Source: a virus. From it: DNA of 64,000 bases. Location: IMG/VR virus record IMGVR_UViG_3300031977_002889; one strand, given 5' to 3'. The notes beneath the pieces are model-generated. The model was not told where the DNA came from and searched no databases. It saw only the letters and a program-made list of their open reading frames with translations. Positions 19,624 to 29,089 of this stretch are shown here, piece by piece. A program made the position numbers and the translations under genes. Positions within the stretch are counted from its first letter, which is position 1, and the number at the start of each line of letters is the position of its first letter.

Positions 19624-20411
19624 TATGGAGCACTATCCAAATAAGTTGTTGTAAATCCAAAATCACTATCTGCTAATCCAATTGCTGAGAGAGGATCTGG
19701 GTTAATTCTTAAAGTTTCTATATATTGATCACTATCTTGTAAACCTGTTTCCATATTAAAGAGTTGAGCATCTGCTTGACGTATAACACTTTTAGTTGCA
19801 ATAGGTCCATAGAAATTTACTTTCATTTCAAAATCTAAAGTATATATGATTGTACGACGAGCTTCTTGTGGTCCTTCAAAATCATCAGTAAATGATACAC
19901 CTTGAATGATAATTGGAACATCTTCTTTAAATGTGGGATATTCTGTTTTAAAAGGAAATATCGAAAGAGTATATTGTGGATTAAATGTAGGAAGAATTTG
20001 TTCTACAATTTGTAAAGCGTCATCTTGTGTCTTAGAATAGATATTTAGTTGAAAATTAATACTATATGGGACTGGATTATTAAATTTTTGTCTATTTAAA
20101 CTAGAAGATCCTGTTGTATTAAAATTACCAACTTTTGCAAGTTGTCTTGTATTATCATATGCAAATGAAATAATTTCGAAAGACATGCGAGGTAATTTAA
20201 TTGCTATTGTATTAGCTTTTTGTAAATCAGGTACTTCACGAATTCTTTCTAAATATTTATTTTTAGGTGCATAAGATAATGGTACTTTTATTTGGCTTGT
20301 GGATCCACCATCAGTTTGATTTCTACGTACAACATAAAGGTTATTAAACAATGTTCCAAACACTGCAACCGATTTACGTATTCTTTCATGATAGAAATGA
20401 GAACCAAACAT
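19623..20411 (-). CDS. gp15: Tail sheath stabiliser / completion protein
   Basis: HFYH..IRK....FGTLFN, KVPLSYAPK, LPRMSFE, QIVEQILP.F.P. Confidence 0.93.
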   Translation of the reverse strand: MFGSHFYHERIRKSVAVFGTLFNNLYVVRRNQTDGGSTSQIKVPLSYAPKNKYLERIREVPDLQKANTIAIKLPRMSFEIISFAYDNTRQLAKVGNFNTTGSSSLNRQKFNNPVPYSINFQLNIYSKTQDDALQIVEQILPTFNPQYTLSIFPFKTEYPTFKEDVPIIIQGVSFTDDFEGPQEARRTIIYTLDFEMKVNFYGPIATKSVIRQADAQLFNMETGLQDSDQYIETLRINPDPLSAIGLADSDFGFTTTYLDSAP

Positions 20412-20704
20412 TATTTCATTAACCTTTTCATTGCTGCTAGTGCCTTTTTACCGTCAGGGTGGTTTGGATTAATACTTACTGGTTCGCCATTCACAAGTTC
20501 AGATACATTAACCGATTTACGTAAAGCTGCAATTGCTTTGTGTAAAGGATCTCTTGAATCATATCTTGTTTCAAATCCCGGCTTACCACGAACCTCGACC
20601 CATTTAGAATCACCTTTGTTCCACATTTTAAGCACATCTTGTGACTTACCACGGATAAGCTTTAACTTAATACCTTCCGAAATATATGTTTTAAAACCAA
20701 TCAC
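20411..20704 (-). CDS. Hypothetical protein, possible internal head protein
   Basis: Basic 97 aa ORF; N-terminus MIGFKTYISE resembles the T4 capsid-targeting sequence. Confidence 0.6.
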   Translation of the reverse strand: MIGFKTYISEGIKLKLIRGKSQDVLKMWNKGDSKWVEVRGKPGFETRYDSRDPLHKAIAALRKSVNVSELVNGEPVSINPNHPDGKKALAAMKRLMK

Positions 20705-20706
20705 AG

Positions 20707-20997
20707 TTAACCTTTATAAATTTTCTGTAGATGCGTTTCGAATTGTTCCACTTTCGTTAATCTATCAGGCCAAAGAATATACTCTTTCTCTGGATTCTTT
20801 TTTAGATTGTTCAAAAGAGGAACAATAGCATTATATAATCTATCTAATTTATCTTGATAGCCAGCAGAAGCAAGTTTAGCATCTTCAGCTACTTGTTGTG
20901 TTTTTTGTACAGCTTGTAATTCTTCTTCATCAACAGCTGTAAATCCAAAATCAAAAATATCATCCGTCATTAGGATCTCCAAATGGGTTGTCTTCAC
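20707..20997 (-). CDS. Hypothetical protein (probable start MTDDIFDFGFT)
   Basis: DFGFTAVDEEEL...LL.NLKKNPEKEYI.WP.R; ORF between gp14 and gp15. Confidence 0.7.
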   Translation of the reverse strand: MKTTHLEILMTDDIFDFGFTAVDEEELQAVQKTQQVAEDAKLASAGYQDKLDRLYNAIVPLLNNLKKNPEKEYILWPDRLTKVEQFETHLQKIYKG

Positions 20998-21844
20998 TAA
21001 AATCTAAGAAATCACCAGCAAAGTCTTCGAAGTTATTATTTTGTTCATTAGCAGATTGTTTTATATCTTCAGTTACACTATTTACAGTATGAGTTGTATT
21101 TGGTTCAACGAGACGTGTTATAGTTCCAGGTACCCATTCATGGAAATTGCCATCATCGGCACCCGTATGAACAATATGAAGTTGTAATGTACTTGATTGC
21201 CATAGAGATACTTCACCTCGTATTGTAGTCGTAGCAAGTTGTTGTTCTATATTATCGCCTACAACAAATGTAGCTGATGCTTCTGACGCTGCTAAAGTTA
21301 AAATATATGTAAACGCAACAATTTTTTCACCTTCATCAATTTCTGTAAGACCCGTATCATAATCTTCATCACTATATTCTGCAAGCTGAACTCTTAATTT
21401 AAATACTGGTAAATTACTTAATTGATAAAAAGGTTGTTCATGTTCAACATGTGTAATTTGAAATAACTTATGACTTAAAGGTAAATAAATCATATCACCT
21501 TCAAGCGGTCTTACTGAAGATACAGTTTCATCTAAACGTTGCACCTGTTGTATCCATCTTCGCCGTGATACAATTAACGTAGCTTCGTCTCTTATTTCAA
21601 CGCCAAATCGTGTAAAAAGATCACCTTCTCCATCAAATCCTTCAGTGTTCTCAATATACATTTCAATTTTATGTGCAGAACCAAAACGAGCTGGTACTTC
21701 ATCACCAAGTATTTTATCTTCTCCAATTAAAGTCCGAGGCAAATAGTAGACATCTTGACCATACATTTTTAATGACTCTATGATAATATCTTCATAGAGA
21801 TTTTGTTCTGATCTTACTGTATCGGAGAAATAAAAATTGCGCAT
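20960..21844 (-). CDS. gp14: Neck protein
   Basis: EQNL.ED.IIE....YG.DVYYLPR, GF.G.GD....FG..IRD, EHEQPFYQL, DFSEDNPFG. Confidence 0.93.
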   Translation of the reverse strand: MRNFYFSDTVRSEQNLYEDIIIESLKMYGQDVYYLPRTLIGEDKILGDEVPARFGSAHKIEMYIENTEGFDGEGDLFTRFGVEIRDEATLIVSRRRWIQQVQRLDETVSSVRPLEGDMIYLPLSHKLFQITHVEHEQPFYQLSNLPVFKLRVQLAEYSDEDYDTGLTEIDEGEKIVAFTYILTLAASEASATFVVGDNIEQQLATTTIRGEVSLWQSSTLQLHIVHTGADDGNFHEWVPGTITRLVEPNTTHTVNSVTEDIKQSANEQNNNFEDFAGDFLDFSEDNPFGDPNDG

Positions 21845-21845
21845 A

Positions 21846-22601
21846 TTAACCTACAAAGAAATCAGCTGGCATTTCATGCTCTAACCTAATTCTTTCCCTT
21901 AATGATTCTATTTCTTGTCTAGCATCATCAAATAATTGTCTACCATTAATAGTCACTCCACCTGGTAATTGCATACCTTCAAATTTAATAAGATTCATAC
22001 CCCATTGTTCTTTAATTAAAGCAGTAGTATAATCTTTAAGCCACATATCATTATATACGGAAGTATATGTATTTGGATCTACAATTTGATATGATTCTGC
22101 AATAAGATAATCATCCTCTTTAATATCATTATCTTGAAAATCTCCATGAATATAAAGTCGCCCTTGTCTACGCGAAAAAGTTGTCTGAGGTGTACCATTC
22201 AATGTCATATCTAAAACAGAAAGATATTGCTGTAATTGTTCATAATAAGCAAGATCACCCGCAAAGTTTTGCATATCAGCAATATCATTTAACATCATCT
22301 GATATTTAATATCAAAGAAATTATGCGAATAGCTAAATGAACTTGCTAATGGAAATAATCGTGATACAAATATAATGTCTGATGAAATTGGAATATACTC
22401 ATTCACAATGTCAGCAGCAGTTACTTGATGTTTAAAATATGTTTTTACAGTTGCGTCAGAATGAAACTCTTGATAATATTGTAAAGCTTCGTCTACGCGA
22501 TCTTCTACCTGATCATCATCGACGTTGATCTCAAGCACAGGATCACCTAACCGTCTTTTACAATATTCTATGAGTTCTTCTCTTGTAGATGGTGTAGCCA
22601 T
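21846..22601 (-). CDS. gp13: Neck protein
   Basis: R.ELIEYC.R.LG.PV.EINV...Q.EDR, WLKDY.TALIK.QWG.NL.KF.G.QLPGG. Confidence 0.94.
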   Translation of the reverse strand: MATPSTREELIEYCKRRLGDPVLEINVDDDQVEDRVDEALQYYQEFHSDATVKTYFKHQVTAADIVNEYIPISSDIIFVSRLFPLASSFSYSHNFFDIKYQMMLNDIADMQNFAGDLAYYEQLQQYLSVLDMTLNGTPQTTFSRRQGRLYIHGDFQDNDIKEDDYLIAESYQIVDPNTYTSVYNDMWLKDYTTALIKEQWGMNLIKFEGMQLPGGVTINGRQLFDDARQEIESLRERIRLEHEMPADFFVG

Positions 22602-22628
22602 AGAGATCTCCGTTTAAATTATCTATGA

Positions 22629-25600
22629 CTATTTATATAAATTTTTTCTTATAAAATGATAATCCGCATCTGGTCCATAATCAACTATTTGTTCTACAAA
22701 TCTAAATCCAATTTCATCGAGATAATTAAAAGTTTCTTCTTTGAGAGGAGCTCCTTCATTGTATTCTTTCGATTGAGCTTCAATAATAAGATGTGTTACG
22801 CTTTTTAAAGTTTTATGTGCACCCTTTAAAATTTCTTTTTCTGCTCCTTGTACATCGATTTTAATCATATCCGGAAAAGGAAAATCATTTAATTCTACTA
22901 ATTCATCTAAACTAATAGTTCCCATCTCTCTATGATCATTATATAGTTCTTTATTATTTTTTTCAATATACATACTTCCTCCAGCAGGATGACTAACATT
23001 TGTATAAAAAGTTTTTATATTTTTGTCATCACTTAGCAAAGCAATTGCATATTCAGTTCCATGATATTCATATACATCTTTATATTCTTCAAGAGCATCA
23101 AAGGCAATAAATCGACAACCAGGCCAAATTGGTCGCGCAACACTAGTCCAATGTAAACAACTTGCTCCGATATCATAAATTATTCGAGGTTCAAAATTCC
23201 ATCTATTTTTTAAATCATTTAAATAAATTTTATGATATGGAGGCAATAAGTCTTGTTTTGACATTTCAATCAAATCATAATTAATTTCTCTTGCGTCAGG
23301 ACTTTCTTCATCAGCTTTATAATTGATTTGAGGTTTAAACTCATAATTTCCTTTATGTCCACAAATTAATGTAGTATCAACCCATACTTCAAATCCATGT
23401 TCTTTTGCTCTATCACAAAAATAAACATCTTCAGAGTAAGTAAACTTATGATCTAATGCAGATTTATATTTAAAATGTGGATAAGGTATTTCATTAAATA
23501 CCTTACCTTTAATCAGAACACAACCGAATCCACAACCCTTTACTTGCATTAATCCATGTTTTAATTGATCACTCGGTATATTTCCATTTTCGTCATACAA
23601 TTCTAAGATTTGTTCATCGTGTTTTCTTTGCATATAAACAGCAGAAATAATATCTTTGTCAGCTTCATATAATTTAATAAGAGCATCTTGCGGTAAAATC
23701 ATATCACTATCTACGCAAAAGACGTAATCATAATTTTTTCCCCACTCTGCAATTAGATTACGTATTTGATCAATTTGATAGCCATAGAAAAATTCAAAAT
23801 GAGTCATAATCCTACTTGGTAGATCTAAATTATAAATCGATTTAAATGTTTCTGGTTCAATACCTTTATTAGTAGGAACTGCAATTAAAATCTTTTTCAT
23901 TTCTTTTTCTTCTCTATTTTGATATGATGTATAAGCATTTTCATTTTGATCCACTGGATTTACTTTAAAGTCATTAAGCGGATTTACATCATTATAAAAA
24001 CACATTATTTCTTTTACAGCTTTTATTTTTTCAGGAGATACTTTTTCTATTAATTCATAAAATAATGGATTATCTGCTCCGCTTTTCATATATCCATGAC
24101 CAGACTCTCCAGGTTTTTGAAAGACTATATTCTTTAATTCTTTATAATGTTTTCCTAAAACCGTTCTCAGATGTGTATAAGGAATTTTCCAATTAAATAA
24201 ATGCCTTCGATATGATTTTTCTTCTTTTACTTTTTGTGGATAATCTTGAGCAATTAATGGAATATTATCAACCATACTCCACATTGATCCATATGTAAAT
24301 TCGATTCCTTCATGATATAATTGATTATAATATTTAAAAATAGTAGGATTATGTACTAAAAAATCATCTCCATCTAAAAGCATGACAATATCATCATCTT
24401 TAATTTGATCTTTTACTGAAAGCTGATTAAATACACATCCTTCTCTTTCATTATTTCGAGTAATTTTTCTTTTTATATTTTCAGGAGTACCAACTATATT
24501 TGTAGAATTATCATCAATGAGAAGATGCACATAATTATCATAATCTTGTTGATCAATAGATAAACAATGATCGTAGATATAATCATCAGCATTTCTAAAT
24601 GGTGAGACTACTACAATTCTTTTTTCAGAATAAGTTGTTCTATATTCTGTTCTTTCAACACCATTTTCAAATCTTCTTCCATAGATTCTTTTCACTTTAT
24701 CATTTATAACTGAAACTTTTCTATAATCATCTACTGGTAAATATTTTTTTAATTTTCTATAGAGATGTTGTTTCCATTGTAAAGCGACTGTATCCCATCC
24801 ATATATGTCATCAATTACATCACAATAATTTTGTTTTTGTTGTAACAAATAATCATTGTGATATGCTTGTATTGTCATATCAATAAATGATTTAGCTTGT
24901 TCTTGTCTATTAATTTTTGGAAACAAGCCATTTGGGCAATTAGCATAATTTTGTTTATAGCATGCCAGATCGAGTGCTGTTTCTTCGAGAGCACCAAATC
25001 GAGAAGTAATAAGAGGAGTTTTATATAATAAAGATTCTAATGCTGAAATGCCAAATGTTTCTGGAAATTCAGTTGGATACAACATAAATCCAGCATTAGC
25101 TAATATTTTTGCTATTTCTTTTTGAGGTATAACTCCAGTAAAAGTTACATCTAATTCTTTTGGGTATGTTTCTACATATCTACGATGATCTTTTTCTTGT
25201 GCATCAGGCTCAGCGCCTTCTCTAAATCTATAGAATCCACCAATAACAGTAAGATGTGCATTAGGTATTTGACGTTTTACTTCTGGCCAAATATCTTGTA
25301 ATAAAGGATTTAATCCTTTTGTTACTGAAGCATTATAAACAAAATGGTTTTTATCTTTTTTACTTAAATCAATTTCATCAATATATTTTACTGCACCATT
25401 TCGTGTTTGAAACACTTTATGTTTCATAACTTCAAAATTTCTTTTTCCACCATGATCACAATTTAAAACATATGTACTATGAAAATCTGATAAAGTAAAT
25501 AACTCATCAATTATACCTTGATTGAGCATATTTTCAATATGTTCATCACCTTCACAAAAAGTATCATGCATCCAAATAATTTTGTATTTAGATTTTTTTA

Positions 25601-25964
25601 TTAAAGGTTGATATTGATTATTAGGAAAAAAAGGATGTACAGATCGAGAAGAAATTACAATATCAAAACAATTACACTCTTCGCCACAATCTTCATCTTC
25701 ATACTGAGAATGATCAATATATTCAGGAATCGAAGAGGTATCAATTCCATGTGTTTCATATTTAAGACCATTTAAATAAAATCCAGGTTCAGCTTCAGAA
25801 TCTATACAATTATTGAATACTGTAACATCAAATCCTACACCAGATAGTTGTTCAGCCATTAATATCACAGCAGATTCAGATCCGCCTAAACCGCGTTTTT
25901 TTAATGTAGATCCATCATAAGTTAAACCTAAAAGGTCTATAATAGCAATTTTCAATTTTGTCAT
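22629..25964 (-). CDS. Four-domain glycosyltransferase: GT4-like + GT2-like + GT2-like + FkbM-like methyltransferase
   Basis: GLGGSE and ETFGISALE (GT-B); SPFRN..Q.Y.N...IDD.S and LDGDD (GT-A); VDSD and G.GFGCVLI...SEDVYFC (GT-A); YDIGA...LD...IKIDVQGAE (FkbM). Confidence 0.88.
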   Translation of the reverse strand: MTKLKIAIIDLLGLTYDGSTLKKRGLGGSESAVILMAEQLSGVGFDVTVFNNCIDSEAEPGFYLNGLKYETHGIDTSSIPEYIDHSQYEDEDCGEECNCFDIVISSRSVHPFFPNNQYQPLIKKSKYKIIWMHDTFCEGDEHIENMLNQGIIDELFTLSDFHSTYVLNCDHGGKRNFEVMKHKVFQTRNGAVKYIDEIDLSKKDKNHFVYNASVTKGLNPLLQDIWPEVKRQIPNAHLTVIGGFYRFREGAEPDAQEKDHRRYVETYPKELDVTFTGVIPQKEIAKILANAGFMLYPTEFPETFGISALESLLYKTPLITSRFGALEETALDLACYKQNYANCPNGLFPKINRQEQAKSFIDMTIQAYHNDYLLQQKQNYCDVIDDIYGWDTVALQWKQHLYRKLKKYLPVDDYRKVSVINDKVKRIYGRRFENGVERTEYRTTYSEKRIVVVSPFRNADDYIYDHCLSIDQQDYDNYVHLLIDDNSTNIVGTPENIKRKITRNNEREGCVFNQLSVKDQIKDDDIVMLLDGDDFLVHNPTIFKYYNQLYHEGIEFTYGSMWSMVDNIPLIAQDYPQKVKEEKSYRRHLFNWKIPYTHLRTVLGKHYKELKNIVFQKPGESGHGYMKSGADNPLFYELIEKVSPEKIKAVKEIMCFYNDVNPLNDFKVNPVDQNENAYTSYQNREEKEMKKILIAVPTNKGIEPETFKSIYNLDLPSRIMTHFEFFYGYQIDQIRNLIAEWGKNYDYVFCVDSDMILPQDALIKLYEADKDIISAVYMQRKHDEQILELYDENGNIPSDQLKHGLMQVKGCGFGCVLIKGKVFNEIPYPHFKYKSALDHKFTYSEDVYFCDRAKEHGFEVWVDTTLICGHKGNYEFKPQINYKADEESPDAREINYDLIEMSKQDLLPPYHKIYLNDLKNRWNFEPRIIYDIGASCLHWTSVARPIWPGCRFIAFDALEEYKDVYEYHGTEYAIALLSDDKNIKTFYTNVSHPAGGSMYIEKNNKELYNDHREMGTISLDELVELNDFPFPDMIKIDVQGAEKEILKGAHKTLKSVTHLIIEAQSKEYNEGAPLKEETFNYLDEIGFRFVEQIVDYGPDADYHFIRKNLYK
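22630..22637 (-). promoter_or_regulatory. Late promoter TATAAATA (gp13)
   Basis: Exact consensus at the end of the glycosyltransferase gene, upstream of gp13. Confidence 0.7.
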
Positions 25965-25982
25965 AACAAATCTATATATAAA

Positions 25983-26138
25983 TTATTTGGGGGCTTCAGG
26001 TCTTATATTGCATTCGTTTTCGACGCATTCATCACACATACATTCATGATTACTTCTACATACTGGGCATATATCAGTATCACCATGACATGGATGATTG
26101 CATTCTCTACAAATATGTGTATCTTCTTCGTGTGCCAC
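25983..26138 (-). CDS. Unannotated 51 aa Cys/His-rich, metallothionein-like peptide
   Basis: GTG start with AGGAG RBS; MAHEEDTHICRECNHPCHGDTDICPVCRSNHECMCDECVENECNIRPEAPK (9 Cys, 5 His); fills the intergenic gap. Confidence 0.75.
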   Translation of the reverse strand: MAHEEDTHICRECNHPCHGDTDICPVCRSNHECMCDECVENECNIRPEAPK

Positions 26139-26147
26139 TATTTTCTC

Positions 26148-27104
26148 CTATACATCTTGGGTATTTGTTGAAGGAAAGGCTCTACCACCTCCCCATATAA
26201 TTCTTACTGCACCGCCTTGACCAATAGAAGTACCACCATTTCCAAATCTTCCATAACTACCTCCACCATATGTACCACCAGTTACAGTATATGAACCAGA
26301 TCCACCATTTGTTCCACCAGAGCCTCCGCCTCCGCCTCCGCCCCAATCTCCATTTGTACTCGCACCAGCAGCACCACTTGCACCTTCGCCGTAAATACCA
26401 ACTCCACCACCTCCACCTGCTGTAAGGTTGCCATAGCCACCGCCACCGCCACCTCCACCAGATCCTGCTGTAGCTGGAGGAGTAGTATAAGAAGCTCCTT
26501 GACCACCATCGCCTGAATAGCCTCCAGCTCCACCTCCTCCTGATTCTAAACCACTAGCTCCAGTACCTCCTGCACCACCGTTACCTCCACCATCACCAAC
26601 GTAATTACCACCAGTATTTGATACACTAGTTCCACCACCACCTTTAACAGTAGCTGCGCTTATAAAATAACTATCACCTGCAGTTGTTCCAGCACTACCC
26701 CAACCAGATTGAGTTGTTCCAGCTCCAACGACTACAGTATATGACGATCCTGGTGACACAGGAATATTATTTTTCCAACCAAGGCCACCTCCGCCTCCTC
26801 CACGAAATCCTGATCCTGCACCAGCTGCACCTCCGCCTACGCATACAACACAAACTGAAGTTACACCAGCTGGAGCTGTCCAACTATATGTTCCAGGAGT
26901 TGTATATTCAGCTTGGCCTGCAATAGTGGTTCCATATTTTCCATCATCAGCACCTTCATACTCAGCAATATGATCTATATAATGAATACCTTGTGCGTTA
27001 CGCCTGGACATCTGGTCATATCGAGTAAAAGAAGTCCCAAGTCCTCCATGATCTAGTGATTTACCAGTTCCTAAATATCTTCCCCATTTTGAGTTTTTAC
27101 TCAT
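26148..27104 (-). CDS. Glycine-rich virion/fibre-associated protein
   Basis: YTTPGTYSWTAPAGVTSVCVVCVGGG...GGGGG, C-terminal GAVRIIW. Confidence 0.75.
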   Translation of the reverse strand: MSKNSKWGRYLGTGKSLDHGGLGTSFTRYDQMSRRNAQGIHYIDHIAEYEGADDGKYGTTIAGQAEYTTPGTYSWTAPAGVTSVCVVCVGGGAAGAGSGFRGGGGGGLGWKNNIPVSPGSSYTVVVGAGTTQSGWGSAGTTAGDSYFISAATVKGGGGTSVSNTGGNYVGDGGGNGGAGGTGASGLESGGGGAGGYSGDGGQGASYTTPPATAGSGGGGGGGGYGNLTAGGGGGVGIYGEGASGAAGASTNGDWGGGGGGGSGGTNGGSGSYTVTGGTYGGGSYGRFGNGGTSIGQGGAVRIIWGGGRAFPSTNTQDV

Positions 27105-27124
27105 ATATTATTTTCTCCTAATAA

Positions 27125-28315
27125 TTAAGCTGCTGGAAAAGCCACTAAGCCTTGCCCACCAATTCCAACAGATCCTGGTTTATTAGCAGTAAGTCTATTT
27201 GTGTTATAACTATAAGTAGTATTTTTGGTAGCTGAAGGATTTATATAGGATCCACCTCCTCCGCCATTTCCTCCGCATCCGTTTGCATAACCGGCTGACA
27301 TTCCTCCAGTGTAGCCTCCGCCACCACCGCCATAACCACAATTATAACCACCTCCGCCGCCGCCTCCCCAGCCGCCGCGTGTTCCAGTATTATTTTGGTT
27401 TAATCCACCTGTTCCACCTTGTTGCCATCCTCCACCAGCAGTACCTCCAGTACGAACAGAACTACCTCCTCCATTACTAAAGAAACCTCCACCATGCCAT
27501 CCAGCAAAACGGTGAAGAACACTACCTCCAGCTTGTGTATAATTAGATCCAGTATTCAAAGCTACACCTTGTCCAACATTTGTTGCTAAATTCTCTGCAT
27601 AACTTGCTGCGCCACCTGCACCAGTAACAGCTCCTCCTCCAATATGACCTCTTTCTCCATCATTAGCTTTTGCATAGTCTGGAACATCACCGTTGACGCT
27701 GTTATAGCCTCGATTATCTCCTCCTCCACCACCACCTACACAAATAGGTATTGCACTTGCTGGGCTATCTGTGGTATTTGTAGTATAAGCAATGACTGAC
27801 ATACCACCTCCACCAGCACCTTCGTTGTCTCCTGTTGGTTCACCAACTTGTCCAGCAGTTAACCAAATTCTCCATCCCGCGTTTAATGTCATTGATCCAG
27901 CCATTTGATAGCCTTCACCCCATGAGTTATTACTAGCATAAGTACCGGCAGTTAAATCACAACCATCAGCACCTCTAGCCCAAAAGTCATAAATAGCAGT
28001 ATTTACAAGATCGATGTAATAATAACCATTATATGTTGCATTAATACTACCATAATTCAAAATAGTTGTTCCAGAAACATTAGTAATTGTAGTATCATTA
28101 CTCCAAGTCCCACCTGCACTGCCGGCAATAATTGATACATTTAATGCACTAACATCAATCCATCCAGCTCCAGCATTAAAACCTTCTCTATTCGTGGGGG
28201 AACCACTAAAACCATCACAAACCCCTTGAAGATCCCAAACCCCAACATGGTTTGTAGGATCATAATAAGCCCAAGTTTTTCCTAGTACCCCACCGTTTTG
28301 AGACTTTCTTCCCAT
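27125..28315 (-). CDS. Glycine-rich virion/fibre-associated protein
   Basis: Polyglycine runs GGGGG, GGGYTGG and GGGGGSY. Confidence 0.7.
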   Translation of the reverse strand: MGRKSQNGGVLGKTWAYYDPTNHVGVWDLQGVCDGFSGSPTNREGFNAGAGWIDVSALNVSIIAGSAGGTWSNDTTITNVSGTTILNYGSINATYNGYYYIDLVNTAIYDFWARGADGCDLTAGTYASNNSWGEGYQMAGSMTLNAGWRIWLTAGQVGEPTGDNEGAGGGGMSVIAYTTNTTDSPASAIPICVGGGGGGDNRGYNSVNGDVPDYAKANDGERGHIGGGAVTGAGGAASYAENLATNVGQGVALNTGSNYTQAGGSVLHRFAGWHGGGFFSNGGGSSVRTGGTAGGGWQQGGTGGLNQNNTGTRGGWGGGGGGGYNCGYGGGGGGYTGGMSAGYANGCGGNGGGGGSYINPSATKNTTYSYNTNRLTANKPGSVGIGGQGLVAFPAA

Positions 28316-28323
28316 TTTAACAC

Positions 28324-28686
28324 CTAGTCGATAATTGCTTCATATGAAATTACAATTTCTGCATCACTTGCTGTAGTAGCTGAAGCCCTAATTGAATCAC
28401 CTTCTTCTAAATATACCGCTTGATCTTTTGATAATACAATTAAGGTTGTTTTAGCAATTAAATCTATATCATATGCTAAATATCTATTAGTTCCACCATC
28501 ATTAAATGCTACACGCACAGTTGTATCATTCGTTCCATCAACATTAGAAATCATAATTGTATTTACTTTATAAACATAATTAGAACTTGCTGCATTAGTT
28601 AAAAACGAATTAAGACTGGTTGTAACGGCACCAGTAACAGTTCTACCATATATTTGTGCAACATTCACTATATTCGGTGCTGCCAT
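28324..28686 (-). CDS. Small virion-associated beta protein (paralog of 28712..29086)
   Basis: ISNVDG...YL..D...T.LI......YLEEGDSIR....E.VISY pattern shared with the neighbour. Confidence 0.7.
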   Translation of the reverse strand: MAAPNIVNVAQIYGRTVTGAVTTSLNSFLTNAASSNYVYKVNTIMISNVDGTNDTTVRVAFNDGGTNRYLAYDIDLIAKTTLIVLSKDQAVYLEEGDSIRASATTASDAEIVISYEAIID

Positions 28687-28711
28687 TTTTTCCTCCTAAA
28701 ATATTATCTAT

Positions 28712-29086
28712 CTATTGTCTCAAAGTTTGATAGCTAAAAACTACTTCTGCATTACTGCCTTGTTCCATAATAACTCTAATTTCATCGCCATATTGAAAAT
28801 AAAGACCAATATTTTCATGAATAACAATTAAAGCTGTTGTCCATGGAACCCAGACTTTATACATTATATAGCGTGCAGTTCCCCCATTTGGTCTAAATTG
28901 TACACTCATTTCATTATCAGTGCTATTAGCACTTTGATTTGAAATAGTTAAATTTTTCAATATCCAAGTTTCATTTCCAGATAAAACATTATGTGTAATT
29001 CCAGCGGTACCACCTGTTGATGAAATGGTATTAGTAACCATTTGTAATCGAACAGTTGAAAGTGATTCTAAGTTTGCTTCTGCCAT
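28712..29086 (-). CDS. Small virion-associated beta protein (paralog of 28324..28686)
   Basis: ISNQ...YI......TTALI......YFQYGDEIR....EVVFSY. Confidence 0.7.
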   Translation of the reverse strand: MAEANLESLSTVRLQMVTNTISSTGGTAGITHNVLSGNETWILKNLTISNQSANSTDNEMSVQFRPNGGTARYIMYKVWVPWTTALIVIHENIGLYFQYGDEIRVIMEQGSNAEVVFSYQTLRQ

Positions 29087-29089
29087 AAT

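Noticed and set aside
20292-20828. 178 aa plus-strand ORF
   Set aside because: Antisense to three plausible minus-strand genes; no motifs or promoter
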